A stretch of 64,000 nucleotides of DNA from contig JAFSKF010000049.1 of assembly GCA_017449065.1 (NCBI GenBank), positions 3,630-67,629 on the forward strand, given 5' to 3'. Below the pieces are notes generated by a model. The model was given only the letters and a program-made list of their open reading frames with translations. It had not been told where the DNA came from and did not search any database. The position numbers were made by a program, and so were the translations under genes. How positions within the stretch are numbered: the stretch's first letter is position 1; each line of letters opens with the position of its first letter. Source of the stretch: Bacteroidales bacterium (GTDB lineage Bacteria > Bacteroidota > Bacteroidia > Bacteroidales > UBA3663). This document shows, one piece after another, positions 30,335 to 39,095 of this stretch.

Positions 30335-32149
30335 ATGAATACTTTTAAATATATATATGTAGTGAGTGCTTTGGCTTTGCTGACGTCGTGCGACGATCCC
30401 TTCGAAGGTGACACGTTTGTTACACCTACCGATGTGGAAAGCGAAATGACTTGCACCACACTTTTGGAGAACCGTTCCGACGATTTCTCTGCTTGGTTGG
30501 AGTTGCTTAAGTATGCCGATTACTATAACGGTCTGAAAGACGCAGCAGCTGTTGCCACTGTTTTCGCACCGACCAATGAAGCCATTGCAGAATTCCTGGA
30601 GTGGAAGGGCGTTAACAGCATTGAGGAACTGGATAAGACCTATGCCCGCGAAGTGGTGCAGAACCATATCATCAATGGCACTAAGATCAATTCCGAAACC
30701 TTTATCAATGCGGCAGTGGCAGGACAGTCACTTTCCTCACAGACGCTTTTCCTGGCTTATCTGAAACCGTCTTTCGGGTATGTGGAGCGCGATGTAGATG
30801 ATCAGTATCGCACAGGCGATACTTTAAATGCTACCTCTATCTACGTGAATAATCAGGCGATTGTGCAGCCTCGTGACAGTGGTGGCATCAACAGCATCGA
30901 AGCATCGAATGCCATTATTTATTATATGGACGATGTGATTCATCCGCTTTCGGAGACAATGATCGATAAGCTGGAAGCAGAAGGAGAGTATTCCATCTTT
31001 GCTGCAGCCTGCCGTCAGTCCGGCTACGATTCGGTGGTCAGCCGTTTGCGCGACACCGTACGTATTCAGGGTGGAGGTTATTCAGTAACGACTTATAAGT
31101 TCACTTGCTTTGCTCCAAACGATGAGGCCATGCGAGCCGCCGGCATTCAGTCGGTGGCAGATTTGGAGAGCAAAATCGGCAACGTTTCGCTGCGCGATTA
31201 TTGTGCCTACCATTTCATTAACGGACAGGCGCTGACCAAAGACCAGTTTTTCAGTTTCGACAGCGATGATGAAACGTTGATTTACGATACCGACTTGGTG
31301 GGTCAGGTCATGACCGGTAAGAATGAGTTCAATGCTGACAGTACACAGATTCTGGGAGTTCTTTTGAACGAGCAGGCACACATTGTCCGTTCAGACATTG
31401 AGGCTCGCAATGGTGTCATCCACAAGATCGATTATTTCTTGCCAGTTTGGGAACCGGAACCTGTAACAGTGCGTTGGGACTTCTGCAACTCAGCCGACAT
31501 TATCGCATTCGTAAATGCTTACGGTGCTGCTAAGAGCCTCGGAGAACTCTATACTTCAGCGCTCACCAACAAGGAATATCAGATTGACTTGTCGGACAAC
31601 TACCGCGATGGGCAGTATGGCGAACTTACTTCGTTTGCTTATCAGGCCAATGCGGCAAAGGCAAGTTATGCAAGTTATCGTGCTATTGGCTTCAAGAAGT
31701 GCAAATACACTTCAACCAGCAAGAAGACAGAGAATGCCTATGGCGCTTATTTGAACAATCTTTTGGTGCTCAATTTGGGCTATGCTGGTTGGATACAGTT
31801 CACGACACCTACCATCATCAAGGGTAAATATAAAGTAACGCTCCACTATGCGTCTGAAGCCAGTTTGAAGACGTTCCATAGTGCCGGTTCGCTTACCAAG
31901 TTCCAGGTGGATCCAGATCTGGGTATTCCGGAATGGACTAAGAACGCTTACGTTTTCAAGGGCTTGCCGACAGGCACCTACACCTTCGGCAATGGAGACT
32001 TGGAGCTTTGGAATGAACAGAACTGTTTGGAGTTCACATCTTCGGGAACCCATCAGTTTAAGGTAACGATGCTTGATATCAATGCCAAAACCAACGGATC
32101 GTACCACCAGTTGTGGGATTACCTGTTGCTGGAACCAATCACCGAATAA
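30335..32149 (+). CDS. Fasciclin (FAS1)-domain surface lipoprotein with a C-terminal beta-sandwich-like region
   Basis: 604 aa; lipobox LLTSC followed by DDPFEGD. FAS1 signature ...ATVFAPTNEAIAEFL...VVQNHIINGTKI.... Confidence 0.7.
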   Translation: MNTFKYIYVVSALALLTSCDDPFEGDTFVTPTDVESEMTCTTLLENRSDDFSAWLELLKYADYYNGLKDAAAVATVFAPTNEAIAEFLEWKGVNSIEELDKTYAREVVQNHIINGTKINSETFINAAVAGQSLSSQTLFLAYLKPSFGYVERDVDDQYRTGDTLNATSIYVNNQAIVQPRDSGGINSIEASNAIIYYMDDVIHPLSETMIDKLEAEGEYSIFAAACRQSGYDSVVSRLRDTVRIQGGGYSVTTYKFTCFAPNDEAMRAAGIQSVADLESKIGNVSLRDYCAYHFINGQALTKDQFFSFDSDDETLIYDTDLVGQVMTGKNEFNADSTQILGVLLNEQAHIVRSDIEARNGVIHKIDYFLPVWEPEPVTVRWDFCNSADIIAFVNAYGAAKSLGELYTSALTNKEYQIDLSDNYRDGQYGELTSFAYQANAAKASYASYRAIGFKKCKYTSTSKKTENAYGAYLNNLLVLNLGYAGWIQFTTPTIIKGKYKVTLHYASEASLKTFHSAGSLTKFQVDPDLGIPEWTKNAYVFKGLPTGTYTFGNGDLELWNEQNCLEFTSSGTHQFKVTMLDINAKTNGSYHQLWDYLLLEPITE

Positions 32150-32161
32150 ACATTAACGACT

Positions 32162-34069
32162 ATGAATAAATATTTCCATATCTTGTCGGTCGGTTCACTC
32201 TGTCTCTCTTTGGGGCTGGCAGGGTGCAACCAGGAGTGGGACGACCACTACGATGAAGTTGAGACAAAGGCAACCGAAGGGGTAGAAATCTATCGTGGCA
32301 CGGCTGCTGAGTACTTGTCGCAACAATCCGATTTGTCGGCTATTCAGGCACTTTATAAGGAAGCTGGTCTGCTTGGCTTGGCTGAGCAGGAAGACGGCTG
32401 TACGATGGTGGTTTGTTCCAATAGCGTTTTAGGACAAGCCGGTTCAGTTACATCCGACTCCCTTTTTGCTGCCAATTTGATTTCCGATCTGGTGGTACCA
32501 CCCACTTCGCTGGTGGAAGGTTTCGGTCTTTACATGCAAAGCGGTAAGAACCTTTGGGTGACCGTCGATGCATTGGGGAATACATATTTGAACGGGCAGA
32601 AGATTGTCCGCACTGTACTCACATCCTCCGGATATATCTATTATGTGGAAAATGTGATTGAGGTGCAGCCATCCATCTATGAGTATATTCAGGGCCTGGG
32701 CGACGATTACAGTTTGTTTAAAGAATTAATTGCCGAATTTGAAGAAGCCTATTTCGATGCAGATGCTTCTATTCCGAACGGAGTGGATTCGATGGGTAAC
32801 ACCACCTATAGCGTGTCTGTATATGCTACCAAGAATTCGCTGATGGACCGTTATACGGAAAACGGTCTACCGATGTGGGATATGCGTAGCGAGTCTTATC
32901 AATCGACGCTCTTTATTCCTAACAATGCCTTGCTTCGTAAGGCTTACGAAACAGCATTAGACAGCGTGCCGCTTTTCATGAATCGGGGTGTGACTGCCAA
33001 TGACTCTCTCAAATTCCGCAAGTGGATATTGGAGAGTTGTTTCGTGGACCGTAAGCTTGATCCGGCTGATGTAACAGTGTCCGGTAGTCAGTTTGCCTGT
33101 GTGGGCGGTTATATTCAGGAAATCGACGAGACAACCGATAAGGAAACCTATACACAGATTGATGCTGCTCAATGGAATCCAGCTGTCCAGCATGTAGATG
33201 CCGATCATCCGGTATCGCTTTCCAATGGTGTCGCTTATCTGTTGACCGACTATTACAAGATTCCGAATCATGTTGTCATTTCGCGCGTGAAAGAGAAGTT
33301 CTATAATGTCTGGGCGGCTCTCGGATCGGATCAGCAGGGCGTTACTGCGGCTGGTTTACCGGTTGAAGGCGGGTATTTCCGCTGGAATCACTGGATTGTG
33401 CCTATGGTTATCAACGACTGTCAGGGTTCGTTCGAACTCTCTTCGACGTTGCCAACCATGTACTATCATGAACTGACTGCCGTGCCTGATGTAGAGGCCC
33501 GCGACGGACATTTGCCGGTTTCGGTTGATTTCGATGGCGTGCTTTACAATACCACAGAGAAGGACTACGGATTGAAAGAGGTTTATCTGCCTGCCGGCGA
33601 GTACAATCTCCGTATGGGATTCAAACACTCGCTGGAGTATTCTCTTTCCATCTATTTCTGTGGTGCCGATGAAGAATTTTCGGATGATAACTGTCTGGTG
33701 CGCGATATGGGTATGCGAGCTACCGGTTCGAATTTCCACTTCGACCGTGCCGGTGCTTCCGAGGGTCTGGAACTTTATGGAGACGATGCTTCAGGATATC
33801 CGGAAGGTTTCGACTGGCGCTGGTGGTATAATCAGGATCCGGACCTGTATCAGAAAGCTTCTGCTTACGATACCGACGGATATCAGGTAGCCACCGTAAC
33901 GCTTCGTAAGCCCGGTAATTTCAAGATTCGTATCGAATCGTCCGACAATGCCGAATTCTACCAGAATGTTTACGGAAACAGTTTGGATGCTTCGCTTCGC
34001 ACCAAGAGCAATGTACAGCAGCTGATGATGTACCATTGGTGCCTGCGTCCTACAAAGAACAATTATTAA
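32162..34069 (+). CDS. Surface lipoprotein of unknown function (weak FAS1-like N-terminus)
   Basis: 635 aa; lipobox LAGC followed by NQEWDDHYDE. The N-terminal region ...AAEYLSQQSDLSAIQALYKEAGL...TMVVCSNSVL resembles a degenerate FAS1 domain. No catalytic motif seen. Confidence 0.55.
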   Translation: MNKYFHILSVGSLCLSLGLAGCNQEWDDHYDEVETKATEGVEIYRGTAAEYLSQQSDLSAIQALYKEAGLLGLAEQEDGCTMVVCSNSVLGQAGSVTSDSLFAANLISDLVVPPTSLVEGFGLYMQSGKNLWVTVDALGNTYLNGQKIVRTVLTSSGYIYYVENVIEVQPSIYEYIQGLGDDYSLFKELIAEFEEAYFDADASIPNGVDSMGNTTYSVSVYATKNSLMDRYTENGLPMWDMRSESYQSTLFIPNNALLRKAYETALDSVPLFMNRGVTANDSLKFRKWILESCFVDRKLDPADVTVSGSQFACVGGYIQEIDETTDKETYTQIDAAQWNPAVQHVDADHPVSLSNGVAYLLTDYYKIPNHVVISRVKEKFYNVWAALGSDQQGVTAAGLPVEGGYFRWNHWIVPMVINDCQGSFELSSTLPTMYYHELTAVPDVEARDGHLPVSVDFDGVLYNTTEKDYGLKEVYLPAGEYNLRMGFKHSLEYSLSIYFCGADEEFSDDNCLVRDMGMRATGSNFHFDRAGASEGLELYGDDASGYPEGFDWRWWYNQDPDLYQKASAYDTDGYQVATVTLRKPGNFKIRIESSDNAEFYQNVYGNSLDASLRTKSNVQQLMMYHWCLRPTKNNY

Positions 34070-34127
34070 TGGGTCTCTGTTACCCCTAAAAACTGATCCT
34101 TTAATAATAGAAATTCAACGTCAAACT

Positions 34128-37100
34128 ATGAATAAAATAATTCTTACATTGACTGCTGCAGCCTTGACGCTGGCTGCTATGGCACAGGAAAAGCAGACCT
34201 TTACCGGCAAGGTGGTGGGTACTGACGGTCAGCCGTTGGAAGGTGTAATCCTCTCGTTGCCTGGTGCTACAGGTTCGGCCATCACCAACGAGAAGGGTGA
34301 ATACGTCCTCGAAACTACGGCAACTCGCGGAACACTCAAGGTGACTTTTTCCGATTATTATACTCACGAGTACCCGCTCAAGGAAAATCTGATTCCGAAG
34401 GTGATTGTGCTGGTTCCGACTGCTGAACGCAACTACAGCGACCAGGCGCAGACACATTACAAGAAAGATTTCTCTGATTCCCCTTCTGCCGATCTCTCAT
34501 GGCAGGGTGTGGACCCAGCGCTGAATATCGTCGGAAAAGGTGGTATGCCTGGCGAAGGCGGATATCTGAATATTCGCGGCTTGAACTCGTTCAACGGCGA
34601 GAATACGCCGCTGCTGGTTATCAATGGTGTGCCGTTCTTAGCCAATCTTTCAGTGAGTGAGGTAATCAATGCCTATAGCAGAGATGCCCTTTTCGGTTAC
34701 AATGCCCATGATATTCGCAGTATCAAGGTGCTGAAAGGTGCCGAAGCTGCCATGTACGGCTCTTTAGGTTCGAACGGCGTTATCGAGATTCAGACCGAAC
34801 AGGCTACCAGCGACAATCTGGATACAAAGATTTCTTTCCAGGGCAGTTATGGTATGCAGGTTGCCAAGGATCAGATTCCGACCTTGAACGCCAATCAGTA
34901 TAAGAACTATCTGATGTCTCTCGGACAGACACGCTATAGCAGTCTTTCGGCATTGCAGACCGATTACCCGTTCCTTTCTTCGAACCCAGGCTACTATGGT
35001 TATCTGTTTGGCAGTAATACCGATTGGACAGATAAGATCTACAATAACGGTTTCGTGACTGACAATGTGCTGCGTGTAGAAGGAGGTGACGAAGTTGCCA
35101 AATATAATATTTCATTCGGATACACGCGTAATAATGGCGTGCTCACCAACACGCAGACATCCCGCTATCACACGGCTTTGAACACCAACATTATGGTGAG
35201 CCGTCAGTTCGATATCTTTGCAGGTGTGAATCTTGCATACGTAAACAGCGATCTGAACAATACGGGTATGTCGGAAGAGACCAATCCGATTTTGGCTGCC
35301 TATCATATGATGCCGAATCTCAACGAACATGAGCAGTTGAGCGACGGTTCTGTCATCAAGGGACGTTATTTGAAGTACAACGGATGGAACGTCAATGCCA
35401 ATCCTACCTACAGTTACGATAATGTGTCGAATCCGTCGGCTATCGTAAATACGGTTGACGGGACCGATAAGATCTACGATGCCAATATCAATCTGGGTCT
35501 CAACTATCGTATGACTCCGAACTGGACGTTCACGGGTCAAGTGAACCTCTATTACGATTACACCGAAGAGTACCTTTTCGTGCCAGGTGTAACCGATAAG
35601 GCCATCCTGCCGCAGCTCTATGGAACCGGCAAGAATTATGTTTCTATGGGAGTGATCCGTCAGCAAGCCTATTTCTATAATTTGCATGCTGCCTATCGCA
35701 ACACCTGGAATCAGGTTCACAACCTCAGTGCCTATGCCGGAGTACGCTTGCTTACTAAGAATTTCGAGCTTGACGCTTCTCGAGGCTATAACTCGGCTAA
35801 CGACTACTATAAGACTCTTTCGAAGGTCACAGATGAGTGGGGTATTTTCGGTAATAACGACGAGTGGAAATGGCTCTCGTTCTATACCCATGCCGATTAT
35901 ACTTACGATAACTGGCTGAAACTGGATATGGGTGTGACTGCCGATGCTTCCAGTGCATCCGGCGTCGATGCTTCGCGTTTCGGATGGTTCCCGTCGGCCA
36001 GCCTGACTTATTTGGCTGCCAATCAGCTGCAACTGCCGGATGCCTTCGACCGACTCAACGTCATCGCCGAGGCTTCGATTTCTGGTAACAGCCGTTTTTC
36101 AAGCAATTATGCCAAGAACTATTATACATCCAACAACCTGTTCAACTTCGGAACGATTGTGCGTCACGGTGTGCCCAATACCAAATTGGAGTGGGAGAAG
36201 AAGGCGCAGGTCGATTTAGGCGTGGATGTCGGACTTTTGGGTAATAAGATCAATGTGCAAGTGTCCGGTTTTGCAGCCAAACATTATGACTTGTTGCTGG
36301 ATGCCAATATTTCTGCTGTTTATGGATCGAATGAGAAGTATTTCACCAACAGCGGAGAAGTGACCGATGCCGGTGTCGAGTTGTCGCTGCGATACAATCC
36401 GATTCACAACCGCGATTGGGACTGGGTTATCTATGCCAATGGTTCTTATTTGCGCAGCGAAGTGACATCTTTGGGTAATCAGGATCGTATTGTAACTGAT
36501 TATACAGCCTTTAACAACGACGATGCGCAGACCTTGCTCAAGAAAGGGAAGTCTCCGTATGAGTTCTATGGCTATCGCACTAAGGGCGTTTTCGCCACCA
36601 CAGCCGAGGCTGAAGCTTCCGGCTTGAAGAGCACCTACGGACACAGTTATCAGGGAGGCGACGTCATCTTTGTCGATCAGGATAACAACGGTATCATTAA
36701 CGATAACGATCGCGTCAGTCTGGGTTCAGCAGTTCCCGATTGGTTCGGCTCTTTCGGTACTTCGCTCCGTTGGCGTCAGTGGCTGCTCTCGGCCGATTTC
36801 AGTTTCAGCATCGGCAATAAGGCCTACAATGCTGTGCGCCGGCAGACCGAATCGATGGATCGTTTCTACAACCAATCCACATCGGTGCTTTCTCGTTGGC
36901 AGAAGGAGGGAGACCAGACCCACATGCCTCGTGCAGCTTATGGCGATCCGTCAGGTAATAACTTCTTCTCCGACCGATGGGTGGAAGATGCTTCCTATCT
37001 GAAACTGCGTGACGTACGCCTGTCGTACGACTTCACCAAGCGGCAGGTTCGCTTTGCAAGTGGCACTATCTGGTTGGGAGCTGAGAATCTCTTTACTGTG

Positions 37101-37223
37101 ACCAAATATCTGGGTGCAGACCCGGAGTTCTCATACTGCTATAGTGAGGCTCTCCGCGGATTTGATTATGCTAAGGTATCAAATCCGGTTACCTACAAAG
37201 TCGGCGTCAGTCTGAACTTCTAA
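34128..37223 (+). CDS. SusC/RagA-family TonB-dependent outer-membrane transporter (pair 2)
   Basis: 1031 aa; FTGKVVGTDGQPLEGVILSL... carboxypeptidase-regulatory-like domain, plug ...IRSIKVLKGAEAAMYGSLGSNGVIEIQT, C-terminal ...KVGVSLNF. Confidence 0.95.
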   Translation: MNKIILTLTAAALTLAAMAQEKQTFTGKVVGTDGQPLEGVILSLPGATGSAITNEKGEYVLETTATRGTLKVTFSDYYTHEYPLKENLIPKVIVLVPTAERNYSDQAQTHYKKDFSDSPSADLSWQGVDPALNIVGKGGMPGEGGYLNIRGLNSFNGENTPLLVINGVPFLANLSVSEVINAYSRDALFGYNAHDIRSIKVLKGAEAAMYGSLGSNGVIEIQTEQATSDNLDTKISFQGSYGMQVAKDQIPTLNANQYKNYLMSLGQTRYSSLSALQTDYPFLSSNPGYYGYLFGSNTDWTDKIYNNGFVTDNVLRVEGGDEVAKYNISFGYTRNNGVLTNTQTSRYHTALNTNIMVSRQFDIFAGVNLAYVNSDLNNTGMSEETNPILAAYHMMPNLNEHEQLSDGSVIKGRYLKYNGWNVNANPTYSYDNVSNPSAIVNTVDGTDKIYDANINLGLNYRMTPNWTFTGQVNLYYDYTEEYLFVPGVTDKAILPQLYGTGKNYVSMGVIRQQAYFYNLHAAYRNTWNQVHNLSAYAGVRLLTKNFELDASRGYNSANDYYKTLSKVTDEWGIFGNNDEWKWLSFYTHADYTYDNWLKLDMGVTADASSASGVDASRFGWFPSASLTYLAANQLQLPDAFDRLNVIAEASISGNSRFSSNYAKNYYTSNNLFNFGTIVRHGVPNTKLEWEKKAQVDLGVDVGLLGNKINVQVSGFAAKHYDLLLDANISAVYGSNEKYFTNSGEVTDAGVELSLRYNPIHNRDWDWVIYANGSYLRSEVTSLGNQDRIVTDYTAFNNDDAQTLLKKGKSPYEFYGYRTKGVFATTAEAEASGLKSTYGHSYQGGDVIFVDQDNNGIINDNDRVSLGSAVPDWFGSFGTSLRWRQWLLSADFSFSIGNKAYNAVRRQTESMDRFYNQSTSVLSRWQKEGDQTHMPRAAYGDPSGNNFFSDRWVEDASYLKLRDVRLSYDFTKRQVRFASGTIWLGAENLFTVTKYLGADPEFSYCYSEALRGFDYAKVSNPVTYKVGVSLNF

Positions 37224-37265
37224 TGGATCATGACGCATATAAACATCAACCCTATTCATTCCATT

Positions 37266-39023
37266 ATGAAAAAATACTTTTCCCTTCTGTTGCTCGGTTT
37301 GACTTTCGTCTTGACTGGCTGCGATGATTTCTTTGAGACCGATCCTGACAATGTGCTCAATGAGAAGGATTACATTGAGAAGGAATCGGATATGTACAAA
37401 GGTTATCTGGGTATTCAGACCCGCGTACAGGAGGTAGGCGATCACGCCATGATTCTCACCGATACGCGTTGCCAGTACCTCGAAACCACCGGTAATGCAC
37501 CGGTTGCTTTGCAGGATATCAATAACTATCAGCCAACTGATGGAAATGTCTATGCCGACCCGACTGGCTATTACGCCGTTATCGTGGCAAGCAACGACTT
37601 TATCCTCAAGATGAATGACTTCTATAAAGAAGTGAACGGAGCCCTTAGCGACTCTGCCAAGGTGCATATTCCCCGCCTTATCTCCGGAGCTATCCGCTAT
37701 AAGGTCTGGGCTTATACGATGCTGGCCCGTATTTACGGAGAGGCTTACTGGTATGATACCAATAATACCGAACTGGTGTCGCTCGACAATGGCGCGACTT
37801 TCCAGCGTCTCGATGTAAAGGGTATCTGCGACAAGTGTATCGACCTGCTCGATAACGGTATCTATGCCTGTGGTCAGCAAGTGCCTGCCGACTTGCGGAT
37901 GGACTGGACGCGTTGGGTCGATCCGATTAACGGAGATGAGAATTACGACTATTGGAAGTATATGTCGCCGGATTGGCTGTCGATGCGTGCGGAATTGGCA
38001 TCGTGGCGCACCAATTATGAGGATAATGCTGCCGCCCTTGCCGATTGGCAGTGGATTAAGGAAAATGTCCTTCAGTTCCTCTATGAGCAGGCTACGCAGG
38101 CTTGGTACCGATATTCATGCAGTATGACTTTACAGCTTTACTACAGTCAGCTTTTCCGTGGCGAAGGGGCTGTGGAGGAGACTATCAATATCGGTTCCGG
38201 TGACGGACACCAGCAGACTCTCTCTGCTATTTTCTACGATTACGACAATCAGCAGCGTAACCGCATCGTTCAGTATCTTTGTCCGGAGTATCCGGGCGAC
38301 GGCTACTATCTGAAACCCTCCGACTATGCGCTTTCACTCTATAATGGTTCCGATCTCCGTAGTGAGACGCAGCGTCTTATGGTGACTCAGTTCAGCGGAG
38401 GTCTGGCTCTTACGAAGTTCTATTACACCCGTTATAACTCGTTGGGCTATCTGCGAACCAAGATTTTCGAGATTGAACCCATGATTTATCTCTATCGTGG
38501 ACATGAGTTGCATTTCCTGTTGGCCGAGGCAGAAAATCATTTAGGTCACTGGGATGTGGCTGCCACTTTGCTGAATCAAGGTGTCATCAACCGTTTCCCG
38601 GGTGGTGTGAACACGCTCGCTACCGATAGCATTGCCGGTTCCCGCATTTGGGATGAGCGCTACACTTCCTTCTTCGCCAGCAATGGCGGCTACGGTGATT
38701 TGGGTATCGCCGGTATGGTGAAGGGTACGGAACATTCGCTCACAGACATCGCCGCAGGTGCTACGGCGGCCGACAGTCTGGCATTCGCTTTCGATGCCGA
38801 TCGCATCAAGGAGTACGATTTGGCATTGGCAGACGAGTTCTTGCTTGAGTTTACCGGCGAAGGCAAATCGTACAGTTACCTCTGCAAGATGGCTGAGCGT
38901 TATGGAAAGGATTATCGGATTGTTTATGACCGCATCAAGGGTAAGTATGCCAATACAGCTTACGATGCTCAGGTTAGGTCCTCTTTGGCAAATAAGTACT
39001 TTGTAGATTGGAGCCTGAAGTGA
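37266..39023 (+). CDS. SusD/RagB-family surface lipoprotein (pair 2)
   Basis: Starts MKKYFSLLLLGLTFVLTGC followed by DDFFETD. Sits downstream of SusC and has a SusD-like C-terminus. The track start 37230 adds 12 non-signal residues. Confidence 0.85.
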   Translation: MKKYFSLLLLGLTFVLTGCDDFFETDPDNVLNEKDYIEKESDMYKGYLGIQTRVQEVGDHAMILTDTRCQYLETTGNAPVALQDINNYQPTDGNVYADPTGYYAVIVASNDFILKMNDFYKEVNGALSDSAKVHIPRLISGAIRYKVWAYTMLARIYGEAYWYDTNNTELVSLDNGATFQRLDVKGICDKCIDLLDNGIYACGQQVPADLRMDWTRWVDPINGDENYDYWKYMSPDWLSMRAELASWRTNYEDNAAALADWQWIKENVLQFLYEQATQAWYRYSCSMTLQLYYSQLFRGEGAVEETINIGSGDGHQQTLSAIFYDYDNQQRNRIVQYLCPEYPGDGYYLKPSDYALSLYNGSDLRSETQRLMVTQFSGGLALTKFYYTRYNSLGYLRTKIFEIEPMIYLYRGHELHFLLAEAENHLGHWDVAATLLNQGVINRFPGGVNTLATDSIAGSRIWDERYTSFFASNGGYGDLGIAGMVKGTEHSLTDIAAGATAADSLAFAFDADRIKEYDLALADEFLLEFTGEGKSYSYLCKMAERYGKDYRIVYDRIKGKYANTAYDAQVRSSLANKYFVDWSLK

Positions 39024-39095
39024 AGTAACCTCCTTTTTATTCCCCTTTTGAATACCTTTATTAACTATATTTACTAACTTTTAAACATTATCAAA